Assembly (NCBI GenBank): GCA_026003475.1
Contig: BPHJ01000001.1
Coordinates: 741,189 to 805,188 of the forward strand
Direction of reading: 5' to 3'
Source: Candidatus Kapaibacterium sp.
Lineage (GTDB): Bacteria > Bacteroidota > Ignavibacteria > Kapaibacteriales > NICIL-2
Length of the DNA stretch: 64,000 nt
The notes beneath the pieces are model-generated. The model saw nothing but the letters and a program-made list of their open reading frames with translations. It did no database searches and was not told the DNA's origin. The translations under genes were made by a program, and so were the position numbers. Of the stretch, positions 36,459 through 45,660 are shown piece by piece; the first letter of the stretch is position 1, and every line of letters starts with the position of its first letter.

Positions 36459-37913
36459 ATGCTTGCCCAAGAAGAGTATGGCTATCCTCTCGAAAAAGTC
36501 CTCGGTACGCAACGACAGCGAACAGCAGCCAGCCAAAGTCCGCTCCTGGAGGGTAAGACACCTCCACACTCGACAGAGGCGGAATTGGCAGTTCTCGGTG
36601 CGATGTTTCTGGAGCGATCCGCCATTGCACGTACGATCGAGATTCTTGAACCGGCTGCGTTTTATCACGACCAGCACCGCAAAATCTACGAGGCAATCTT
36701 AGCACTATTCGAACGTGGCGTTCCAGTTGACATCGTCACCGTGTCCGACGAGCTTCGGCGTCGCGGTCATTTGGATTACATCGGGGGCAGTTCCAAATTG
36801 GTTGCGATCTCGACGAATGTTGTTTCCGCCTCTGCCGCTGATTATCATGCAAGGATTGTGTTGGAGCGGTACCTCAAGCGTCAACTATTGCAGACAGCCG
36901 CACGGATCGTCGAACAATCGTTCGAGGAAACTTCCGACGCACTCGATCTTATTGACCAAGCCGAAAGCGAAATATTCGCGCTGGCGGAGATGCGGCTTGG
37001 TAAATCGTACACAAGCATCAATCGGCTTGCGCGAGCGACGTTTGAACTGATCTCTCGGCTTCAAGAGCGAGGGCTTGAGCATGGGATTTCCGGGGTTCCG
37101 ACCGGTTTTGTCAAGCTCGATGAGATGCTCGGCGGACTTCAGAAGTCCGACCTGATTATCATTGCTGCGCGTCCATCGATGGGGAAGACTGCATTAGCGC
37201 TGAGTATAGCCCGGAATATTGCCGTTGAGTTCAAGTTGCCGGTGGGTTTCTTCTCGATCGAAATGGCAGGGGTGCAGATCGTCATGCGCTTGCTCAGTGC
37301 CGAAGCGAAGGTCAATGCGCATTCCATCCGTACAGGGCGACTGAGCCACGACGATATGAGCAAGATTGTCAAGACGATTGGTCGGATAGCCGATGCTCCC
37401 ATCTTCATTGACGACTCTCCCTCACTGACGCTGATGGAGTTGCGTGCCAAAGCGCGGCGACTGAAAGCAGAACACGATGTTCAGGCAATTTTTGTGGACT
37501 ACCTCCAGCTTATTCATGCCCCGAAGGCAGAAAGTCGTGAGCGGGAAATTTCCATCATATCGCGGACCCTCAAACAGATCGCCAAGGAACTCGATATCCC
37601 GATTGTTGCACTGGCGCAGCTCAACCGTAGCGTCGAATCTCGGGCTGATAAGCGTCCCATGCTTTCGGACCTCCGCGAGTCCGGTTCCATCGAACAAGAT
37701 TCCGATGTAGTCATCTTCGTGACACGTCCGGAAGTGTACGAGATCGCCACCTACGATGATGGTTCACCAACGGAGAACACTGCTGAGCTGATCATAGCCA
37801 AGCAACGGAATGGACCGATCGGGACTGTCCGAACGGCATACCTGAAAGACTATGCTCGCTTTGAGAATTTGGCGCTCAGCTTCGATGAACCCATTCCACC
37901 GGTGGGATTCTGA
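36459..37913 (+). CDS. dnaB: Replicative DNA helicase DnaB. The ORF track starts at 36411.
   Basis: N-terminus PPHSTEAELAVLGAMFLE, Walker A IIAARPSMGKTALAL, and FVDYLQLI / SRELDIPIVALAQLNR motifs. Confidence 0.9.
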   Translation: MLAQEEYGYPLEKVLGTQRQRTAASQSPLLEGKTPPHSTEAELAVLGAMFLERSAIARTIEILEPAAFYHDQHRKIYEAILALFERGVPVDIVTVSDELRRRGHLDYIGGSSKLVAISTNVVSASAADYHARIVLERYLKRQLLQTAARIVEQSFEETSDALDLIDQAESEIFALAEMRLGKSYTSINRLARATFELISRLQERGLEHGISGVPTGFVKLDEMLGGLQKSDLIIIAARPSMGKTALALSIARNIAVEFKLPVGFFSIEMAGVQIVMRLLSAEAKVNAHSIRTGRLSHDDMSKIVKTIGRIADAPIFIDDSPSLTLMELRAKARRLKAEHDVQAIFVDYLQLIHAPKAESREREISIISRTLKQIAKELDIPIVALAQLNRSVESRADKRPMLSDLRESGSIEQDSDVVIFVTRPEVYEIATYDDGSPTENTAELIIAKQRNGPIGTVRTAYLKDYARFENLALSFDEPIPPVGF

Positions 37914-37934
37914 TCATTGGCAATACCACGTTTC

Positions 37935-39980
37935 TCATGGTATTGCTGCCGAGGTTGTGAGGGTTGTTGCTTTTCGCAGGAACGAGACAAACTCTTCCTC
38001 ACTGGCGGTGTACGTGCTCGTTGCAATCACCGCACCACTGGGGTCCATGATGACGTAAAATGGAAGCAAGGTTGAGCCGAAGCGCTCTTGCTGGTACCGT
38101 TTGTAGAATGCATCCTGCGGGTTATTGCGGCGGTCGGTGAATGCACGAACCAAGATCATGCGGTCCATCAATGCTCGAACAGAGGGCTTTGTGAACATGT
38201 TTTTTTCCATCCAGCGGCAATTGGTGCAACTGACTCCCGTGAAATCAACAAAGACCGGGGTGTTCGATTCTTTTGCTTGACGGAGTGCAGCATCGAGGTT
38301 CTCGGTCCACTTGCCCAGAACTGTCGCTGTTGTTGGTGAGGGTGCATGGTTGGATAATTGCGTTACTGGTCGCTCGGATTCAACGTACACAAACGATTCG
38401 AAGGGACCAACCGATCCGCCGAACATTCCCTGCACCATGTAGAGTGCCAGTGCGATGAAGACAGTTGCGATACTGGCCCGGATACCTCCGACGTACTCAA
38501 GTGGGGTATCGAGTTTGGTGCGAAATACTCCCAAAACGTACAGTCCGATCAAGAGGGCACAGCTTGCCCATAAGGCTAACACAAGCTCGCGCGACAGCAT
38601 CTGCAACCCGAGGATACTGTCCACGCGGGCAAAGTAGCTGATGGCGAAAGCAATCTCAATAAATGCGAAGGCAACCTTGAGGTGGTTCATCCAAATCCCC
38701 GAGCGAGGCAGCCGCTGGATGTAGGTGGGGAACAGTGCGAGTGCAAAAAACGGCAATGCAAACACTCCCGCATAGAGAGTCATTGCTATCAGCGGGCGGA
38801 ACCACTCACCACCTGCAGCCATTTTGCCAATCAAGTCAACAAATGGCACCGTACAGGTAAACGAGGTCAGTGAAAAAACCATCCCCATCAGAAAAGATGA
38901 CCGATACCCATGGACACGGGAGGATTCCCGATTGAGCGCGTTTACCCAGCGCGATGGCAAGCGAAGCTCGTACATACCGAAGAGATTCCCGGCGATGACC
39001 AAAAAAAGCAGGGCTAATGCCAGATTCAGCCAGGGGTTCGTTGCAATATCACGACCTGCTGTCGCACCGAAGAAGAATGCTGCGATGGCACCAAAGACGA
39101 TGAACGTGCTCATGATGCCGAACGAGTAAACGACAGAATCGAGAACCGGGCGGGTATGCTCTTTCTCGGCGCGCTTCGTGAAAAAGGATACGGTGATTGG
39201 GATCATCGGATAGACACAGGGCATCAACCATGATCCAACGCCTAAGGCAACTGCAAGCAGTAACAATCCTGCCCATGAGGAGGACTGTTGCTCGTCTCCT
39301 GTTGTGGCCGGTGTCGCCGAGGGTGTCGGCTGGCGTATGGTCCCAGCAGCAGTATTGCTAATGGCCGGAGAGTTTATCGTTGGTGTTACTGCTGCGTCAG
39401 TTTGGGGGAGCATGCCAGTGGAAGCACGCACATCGAGGGTGAAAGGGAGAAGGATTTCCTCTGGTGGCAGACAATTTTGGGATGTGCAGAGTTGATGATA
39501 GATGCGGAGCGTGTCACGGAAGGTACCGGCTGACTTTGCTGTGACCAGAAATGGAAGCGTAAAGCGCACCGTGCCCTTGAGTTTTTCGACCGAGATTTCG
39601 AATGCCGAGTCGTACTCCACGTGGGGGGCTGGGCTGATTCGTATGCGATGACCGAGCAGATGGAGCACGTTGAGCGTTGTTGAAAATTCCGTTCGCTGGG
39701 GGCCAATGCCGTCTGCGGTCAAGTACTCTTTGATACCGTACGTATGCCATCCCTTTTCGATACGAACGGTGACAGGGATGAGCACGGTATCACCCTGGTG
39801 TGCAGTGAGCCGAGACGCTTCCAGCGACCATGTAGCAGGGTAGTCGCGTCCACTTGCGCGCGCATGCGGGGGCAGTACTCCAAGTGCAATTGTTAAGCTT
39901 GCTGCAAGGACAAGAGCAGCGGGCTGTGTCAGTGATAAGGCAATTGTCCGGAATCCAGAGAACCTAAGATGAACGAGCAT
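37935..39980 (-). CDS. dsbD: Thiol:disulfide interchange protein DsbD (N-terminal periplasmic domain, CcdA-like TM core, C-terminal thioredoxin domain). The ORF track extends to 40016.
   Basis: Signal peptide MLVHLRF...ALGVLPPHARA, TM core with LMPCVYPMIPITVSFF, and a C-terminal thioredoxin fold with VSCTNCRWMEKNMF (CxxC). Confidence 0.8.
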   Translation of the reverse strand: MLVHLRFSGFRTIALSLTQPAALVLAASLTIALGVLPPHARASGRDYPATWSLEASRLTAHQGDTVLIPVTVRIEKGWHTYGIKEYLTADGIGPQRTEFSTTLNVLHLLGHRIRISPAPHVEYDSAFEISVEKLKGTVRFTLPFLVTAKSAGTFRDTLRIYHQLCTSQNCLPPEEILLPFTLDVRASTGMLPQTDAAVTPTINSPAISNTAAGTIRQPTPSATPATTGDEQQSSSWAGLLLLAVALGVGSWLMPCVYPMIPITVSFFTKRAEKEHTRPVLDSVVYSFGIMSTFIVFGAIAAFFFGATAGRDIATNPWLNLALALLFLVIAGNLFGMYELRLPSRWVNALNRESSRVHGYRSSFLMGMVFSLTSFTCTVPFVDLIGKMAAGGEWFRPLIAMTLYAGVFALPFFALALFPTYIQRLPRSGIWMNHLKVAFAFIEIAFAISYFARVDSILGLQMLSRELVLALWASCALLIGLYVLGVFRTKLDTPLEYVGGIRASIATVFIALALYMVQGMFGGSVGPFESFVYVESERPVTQLSNHAPSPTTATVLGKWTENLDAALRQAKESNTPVFVDFTGVSCTNCRWMEKNMFTKPSVRALMDRMILVRAFTDRRNNPQDAFYKRYQQERFGSTLLPFYVIMDPSGAVIATSTYTASEEEFVSFLRKATTLTTSAAIP

Positions 39981-40304
39981 ATCCTTGGTCGGTTGGACAG
40001 TGTTCGAACGAAGCATAGCATGGATCTATTCGCACTCCACAGACGCAAGCACCTGCATTTTCATTTTTCTGCATTCGCAACGAGTTGTACCATCGGCGAC
40101 AATATCTACAAGCTTTCAATGGTACCCGACGAGCAAATTCGCAGGATGACTCTGCTGAGAAGTGGAGCGCTCCGGTGGTAGGATGCATGAAAGTTCCCAG
40201 TGATTCGTTCTCAAATTCCAGACTGGATAATCACCGGTGCTCCGAGCTCATCGGTAGAAACACGGATTTTGTGTAGCATGCTTGTAAACAGGACCGGTGA
40301 TCAG

Positions 40305-40312
40305 TAAGTTTG
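40305..40312 (+). promoter_or_regulatory. TTG-N19-TAAGTTTG promoter-like element upstream of porU
   Basis: TAAGTTTG with a TTG 19 nt upstream (about 40283); about 90 nt upstream of the porU ATG. Confidence 0.4.
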
Positions 40313-40404
40313 TAACGAACAGTAGTAGCATTGTGCAACCAACCGGCAGTCCTATCGCGCAACGAGCGTTGATACCGCATGTTGAGTTCAGCTAATCTGT
40401 AGGA

Positions 40405-43400
40405 ATGCACTGTCGCCAATCCGTAAGAGCGTTGCAGCCGTTGGTTGCTGCTATTCTGCTTGTGATCGTCTCGGTTGCTGAAGGCAGAGCAACGCTTCGT
40501 GCATCCCAACCATCCTCCTTCCGAGTGCTCCGCACTAATCAGCAGGAGCTTGTTCTCTACTTCCAGTTGCCGGCGTACCAGCTCGATACAGTGATAACCC
40601 GAGATGGAACCCGAGCGCTTCGCGTTAGCAGCGCTTCTGGTTTCGAGGTACCGCTATCGGACCCGGGTTCTCCGCAGCGTGGGATTCTTTCGGCGATGAT
40701 TGCAATTCCCTCGGTTGCTGCAACATGGACACTACAGCTTACGGGAGTGCAGGAGCGGTGGATCGAGTTGCCAAGTATTCCCTATCCTCGTGCCCGCATT
40801 GGCGATGATGAAAACGTTCAAGAGTACCAGATCGCTGCCGATCGTTATCGCGTGCATCAACTTGCGTCGGTGCAGTGTGCGTATGCGGGTATTTCTCGGG
40901 GGGTGCCATTGGCTCGGCTGAGTGTTCCCGCTGTTGATTACGATGGCACAACGAATCGTACACGAATAATTGAGCAGTGCACTATTCGCATTGTTTTTGC
41001 TCCCTGCTCAGTCACAGCCACGGGTGATGGTTCAATTCCAGTCCTCAATGCTGCTCAGCTCCGCACATGGACAATCCAGCGGAAATCTGCAACTGAACGG
41101 CGACGCCAGCAACCATTTCTCTTCGAAGCGAATGCACCAATGGTCAAAGTCAGCATCGAACAGGAGGGAGTGTATGCTGTCACTGCTGATGATCTGGCAA
41201 AAATTGGTGTCCAGATACCAGCGGCTTTAGTGCCAACGATCAAACTCTATGGCTACGGGGGACAGCCGCTTTCAGAGAAGCCGTCCGATGGCAAACAGAA
41301 TACTCCGATCGAGCAACCACTCATCGTCGAAACTACAAGCGATGGCTCGTTGCGTTCCATTATGTTCTACGCAGCACCGCCACGTGGATTTACCTTCGAC
41401 TCGACGATGAAGCGCTGGCGTCGCTACCAAAACCCCTACACGACAAAGACAAGCTACCTCCTCACCTGGGGAGGGACTCCCGGATTGCGCGCAACGCCAC
41501 AATCTCCCTCTCACGACGAGCCCACACTGCTTCCTCAGTACTTTGTTCAACGGGTATTGCTGGAAACCGACCGCATCAATGCCTATAGCTCACCCAGCGG
41601 TTTGCGTTGGTTCGGCGATCCATTCGACGGTACCACAGGAATCACACTGACCACGCCACTCTACGGGCTTGCACTGAATGCCAGCTCCATGGAGTACACA
41701 ATCTGCGTTGCCCATAAATCCGATGCCGCGGCAACGATTAGCATCAGCGAACATGGGAGTGAAATCAAGCAAATTCCGTTGGCGGGCAAAACAAAGCTCT
41801 ACTCCGAATACGTTTCGATACTCGATACCGCTCGTGTCCCCATTGATCGTGTGGTTGGAGATCAGCGGGCTGTGTTACGGCTGCGCTATCTGTCGCCGAA
41901 TCCGTTGGCGACAGGTTCTCTTGACTACGTTGAAATTGCGTATCCAGCTCTCTTCATTGCAAACGACGATGAACTGCACGTGTACACCGAGCCAACTGAG
42001 CATGGAGTCGCGCTTGTTTCGGTCAGCGGGTTCCGGAGTCGTCCGCTGTGCTTTGATGTGACCAATCCAGCGCAACCGCAGCTGTGTGCTAATGTTTCGA
42101 TCACCGAGCAACAAGCGACAATTCAAGTTCACCTCGATAGTGCATCGCAAGTTGTGCAACCACGGCAGTTCTTTTTCAGCGCAAAGCGTCGGAAAGCTGA
42201 GCTCACAAAAGTTGATGCCGGACGTGTGCGTGATAACACCATCGAAGCGGACATGGTAGTCGTGGCACCTATGGCGTTCATCGAAAGTGCAACAGCATAC
42301 GCGACCTATCGCCAGCAACAGTCTGGGCTGAACGTCGTCGTCATGCCGGTCGAGCACATTTACACCGGGTTTGCCGCAGGAATGCCTGATCCAACAGCGA
42401 TCCGTGATTTCATCAGTTTTGCATACTTCAACTGGCGGAAACGCCCACAGTACGTGCTCTTCTGGGGCGATGGCCACTATGATTACCGCGGTTTGGTAAC
42501 GACGACACCGAATTGGATCCCGCCGTACCAGAACGACAATGTCGAAAGCGAAATCGGACGTGCCTTCGATTGGTCGTATGCCGACGATAGCTACGCGACG
42601 GAAGACTATTTCGGTTGCGTCGATGGTGACGATCCAATCATGGATATTGCTATCGGGCGCTTGACGATCAGCAGTGAGCAGATGGGACAGGCGACTTTAT
42701 CGAAAATCGCCAGCTACGAGCGAGCGTCAGCATCGGATAGTTGGGCTATTACCGCGACACTTGTTGCTGACGACGGACCGACATCAAATGGTCGTAGTGA
42801 TGGTTCGCTCCATGTTTCGTCGTCCGAGCGTATTTCCCGAAAGATCGAAAGCGTACTGCCGGGCTTGATTCAGCGCAAAGTGTATCTGCCAGAATACCCG
42901 CTCCAGTTAGGGGGAAGTGGGAACCGAAAGCCGGGTGCAACCGAGGCGATGCTTTCGATCATCAATGGGCAGGGGACACTGCTTCTTCAGTGGATCGGCC
43001 ATGGCAATCCACGAGTGTGGGCGCATGAAGAAGTCTTCGATCGGGATAAAACCATCACTTTGATGCGAAACCAGTCCAAACTCTTTTTCCTTGTCGCTGC
43101 AACGTGTGACTTTGCTCGTTTTGATCTGACCGACACTCAAAGCGGCGCCGAAAAGCTGCTCGAATGGGAATACGGCGGCGCAATCGGGGTTTTTTCCGCA
43201 ACACGGGTTGTGTACACCATTGCCAACGAATGGATTAGCCTCCGATTTTACGAAGAACTCTCCAAGCGGACAAACGATGGTAAACGGCGAACGTTGGGAG
43301 ACGTCCTGTTGGGTATCAAGCTGACCGAATATGGAAGTAACGACCGGCGCTATTTCCTTCTTGGCGACCCAGCTTTGCGGTTGAAGCTGCCAGATCTGAC

Positions 43401-44487
43401 CGTGCAGGTTGATTCAATTTCCCATTTTCCAATTCGTGATACAAGCGTAACTGCGTGTGCGCTGGAGCAAATCACTCTCAGTGGAAGCATCCGCGATCCT
43501 ATCACCAATGAACCCGCCGATCAGTTCGATGGTGTGGCAGTGGTATCGTTGTTCGACGCCGATGTTGTGATGCAAATTCAGGACCCAGCTGAACTTGCCT
43601 TGGGGTACACGACAACGTATCAGTTTTGGAAGACGGGGGGCATGCTCCACCGCGGCGCGTATCCGGTACACGATGGGCAATTCCACGCATCCTTTACAAT
43701 TCCAAAGGATGCGACGCTGAGCGAGAATCCGTGCCGGTTGCATGTTTGGACATCGCGCGATGATCAAAAGCAAACAGGATTCGGCTCAACTCGTGCGCTT
43801 CGAGTAAATTGTGTACAGATTGCCTCGGTCGAAGATCGCGATGGACCAGAGATTACGATTTATCTTGATTCACGGAATTTTCGATCCGGTGACTTGGTGC
43901 GATCAAATCCTGAACTGATTGTTGATCTTCGCGATGAAACGGGTATCAACTCGACCGGGATTGGTGTCGGGCACAAGATTGAAGCATGGGTGGACGATAA
44001 TGTCGAAGCCGTGGACTTGACCGAGTACTTCGAGCCATCGCTCGATGATTCGCGGCGTGGAACTGCCAAACGACAGCTTTTTGGACTATCGCCCGGTTCC
44101 CATACAATCACTGTCCGTGCATGGGACGTGCTCAACAATTTCTCGATTGCTCGGGTCGGTTTTATCGTTTCACCAAACGATTCAATCATCGAAACCGGAA
44201 GAGTCGAGATTTACCCCCAGCCGTTTAGCGACCGTGTTGTGATCATGTACAACCACAACCAGTCTTCGCCGGCAACTGTGCGCATTGCCATCACGCAGAT
44301 TGACGGACGGCTTGTCTTCGAGCAATCATTGATTCGCGCCGACGTTCATAGCACTCGCTTTGAATGGGATGGCCGAACAACCGATGGAACGACACTACCG
44401 GCTGGAGTATATCCGCTGGTTGTCGCGATCGAAAACGAATTTGGCTCACGTACTGTGGTACGTGGTTTACTTGTGAAAATTCAGTAG
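40405..44487 (+). CDS. porU: Type IX secretion system C-terminal signal peptidase/sortase PorU (gingipain-like C25 peptidase family) with a C-terminal CTD-like domain
   Basis: 1360 aa; signal peptide; C25-type catalytic context (LQWIGHGNPRVWAHEEVF His, FFLVAATCDFARFD Cys); C-terminal about 80 aa (RVEIYPQPFSDRVVIMYN...LLVKIQ) resembling a T9SS CTD; immediately followed by porV, as in Bacteroidota. Confidence 0.75.
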   Translation: MHCRQSVRALQPLVAAILLVIVSVAEGRATLRASQPSSFRVLRTNQQELVLYFQLPAYQLDTVITRDGTRALRVSSASGFEVPLSDPGSPQRGILSAMIAIPSVAATWTLQLTGVQERWIELPSIPYPRARIGDDENVQEYQIAADRYRVHQLASVQCAYAGISRGVPLARLSVPAVDYDGTTNRTRIIEQCTIRIVFAPCSVTATGDGSIPVLNAAQLRTWTIQRKSATERRRQQPFLFEANAPMVKVSIEQEGVYAVTADDLAKIGVQIPAALVPTIKLYGYGGQPLSEKPSDGKQNTPIEQPLIVETTSDGSLRSIMFYAAPPRGFTFDSTMKRWRRYQNPYTTKTSYLLTWGGTPGLRATPQSPSHDEPTLLPQYFVQRVLLETDRINAYSSPSGLRWFGDPFDGTTGITLTTPLYGLALNASSMEYTICVAHKSDAAATISISEHGSEIKQIPLAGKTKLYSEYVSILDTARVPIDRVVGDQRAVLRLRYLSPNPLATGSLDYVEIAYPALFIANDDELHVYTEPTEHGVALVSVSGFRSRPLCFDVTNPAQPQLCANVSITEQQATIQVHLDSASQVVQPRQFFFSAKRRKAELTKVDAGRVRDNTIEADMVVVAPMAFIESATAYATYRQQQSGLNVVVMPVEHIYTGFAAGMPDPTAIRDFISFAYFNWRKRPQYVLFWGDGHYDYRGLVTTTPNWIPPYQNDNVESEIGRAFDWSYADDSYATEDYFGCVDGDDPIMDIAIGRLTISSEQMGQATLSKIASYERASASDSWAITATLVADDGPTSNGRSDGSLHVSSSERISRKIESVLPGLIQRKVYLPEYPLQLGGSGNRKPGATEAMLSIINGQGTLLLQWIGHGNPRVWAHEEVFDRDKTITLMRNQSKLFFLVAATCDFARFDLTDTQSGAEKLLEWEYGGAIGVFSATRVVYTIANEWISLRFYEELSKRTNDGKRRTLGDVLLGIKLTEYGSNDRRYFLLGDPALRLKLPDLTVQVDSISHFPIRDTSVTACALEQITLSGSIRDPITNEPADQFDGVAVVSLFDADVVMQIQDPAELALGYTTTYQFWKTGGMLHRGAYPVHDGQFHASFTIPKDATLSENPCRLHVWTSRDDQKQTGFGSTRALRVNCVQIASVEDRDGPEITIYLDSRNFRSGDLVRSNPELIVDLRDETGINSTGIGVGHKIEAWVDDNVEAVDLTEYFEPSLDDSRRGTAKRQLFGLSPGSHTITVRAWDVLNNFSIARVGFIVSPNDSIIETGRVEIYPQPFSDRVVIMYNHNQSSPATVRIAITQIDGRLVFEQSLIRADVHSTRFEWDGRTTDGTTLPAGVYPLVVAIENEFGSRTVVRGLLVKIQ

Positions 44488-44544
44488 CACAACTTTTTGG
44501 AGGATTTGCAATGACACGTAAACTGATGTTGTCGCCGAGCACTG

Positions 44545-45576
44545 ATGCTGGCTGCGATGCTCTGTACCACTGTTGCCTTGTATGGGCAAGCTGGTGGTTC
44601 GGCTGTTCCGTTTCTGCTGATTTCACCTGATGCTCGTGCCAGTGGCATGGGTGAGTGCGGGACAGCAGTGGCTGATAATCTCTATGCCGTTCATTGGAAC
44701 ACCGGAGGTTTGGCCTTCCAGCGGGACCAGCAAGTTGCACTTTCGTTTTCGCGCTGGTTACCACAGTTCAATGCTGATCTGTTCTACAGTTACGGTACAT
44801 ACGGAAGGTACTTCAAAGAGCTCGATGGCATGGTTGCGGTCAACTTCATCTTGATGAACCTTGGCCAATTTGAACGCCGCGATATCAATGGCAACAAACT
44901 CGGAACATTTCGCTCGAACGAGTTTGCCATTGGGTTGTCGTACGGTACGTTGATCGCAGATGACTTGGGCGCAGGCGTTCAACTGCGATACATTCAGTCG
45001 AACCTTGCACCTGCTCAACCGGGACAAACTGCTCCGGGTGTTGGTGTCAGTGGTGGATTCGACTTTGGTTTGCTGTGGAAACCATCCCAACTCGATATCG
45101 CTGGTGCAGATATGGGCGGGAAGCTGGCCGTTGGGCTCAACCTGCAGAATGTCGGACCGAAGATGACCTATCGGAGTGAAGCCGATCCACTCCCGACGAT
45201 GCTCAAACTTGGTGTCGCGGTCAATTTGGTTCGCGATGAATTCAATGATCTGTCTCTGGCTTTCGACCTTGGCAAACTCCTTGTCCGACGTGACCAGTTC
45301 GGTTCCGATCCGTTGCCAAGATCATTTGTAACTGCTTGGCAGAATCCTGGTGTAGAAACAGCTATTGGGATGGAATACTGGTACGAGAAAGTCATTGCTC
45401 TGCGGGCAGGTTATTTTGGTGAGCCGACTCGCATCGGTGGGCGACGGTTCTGGACATTTGGTGCTGGCATTCGGTACGATATTTTCACGCTCGACTTTAG
45501 CTTCATCAACACAATTGAGCAAAATCACCCCCTGGCAAATACGATGCGATTTTCGTTGCTCGTCAACTGGGATTGA
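44545..45576 (+). CDS. porV: Type IX secretion outer-membrane beta-barrel protein PorV (LptO-like). The 5' end is uncertain; see findings.
   Basis: N-terminal region VPFLLISPDARASGMGECGTAVAD..YAVHWNTGGLAF and a C-terminal aromatic beta-barrel end (LLVNWD) match the PorV/FadL-like family. Gene order porU-porV is conserved. Confidence 0.7.
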   Translation: MLAAMLCTTVALYGQAGGSAVPFLLISPDARASGMGECGTAVADNLYAVHWNTGGLAFQRDQQVALSFSRWLPQFNADLFYSYGTYGRYFKELDGMVAVNFILMNLGQFERRDINGNKLGTFRSNEFAIGLSYGTLIADDLGAGVQLRYIQSNLAPAQPGQTAPGVGVSGGFDFGLLWKPSQLDIAGADMGGKLAVGLNLQNVGPKMTYRSEADPLPTMLKLGVAVNLVRDEFNDLSLAFDLGKLLVRRDQFGSDPLPRSFVTAWQNPGVETAIGMEYWYEKVIALRAGYFGEPTRIGGRRFWTFGAGIRYDIFTLDFSFINTIEQNHPLANTMRFSLLVNWD

Positions 45577-45595
45577 TTCGTAACTTTGCCATACC

Positions 45596-45660
45596 GTTTG
45601 TACTGAAGTGTACAAACAAAATGCGCAGGGTGTAGCGTTTATTCGCTACGCCCTGTTTAT
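45596..45660. terminator. Two adjacent hairpins between convergent porV and the CBS-family gene; likely a bidirectional intrinsic terminator
   Basis: Hairpin 1 is GTTTGTAC-tgaagt-GTACAAAC. Hairpin 2 is CAGGGTGTAGCG-tttatt-CGCTACGCCCTG (one G.U pair) followed by TTTATGTATT on + and CATTTTGTTTG on -. Hairpin 2 overlaps the last codons of the minus-strand gene. Confidence 0.55.
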
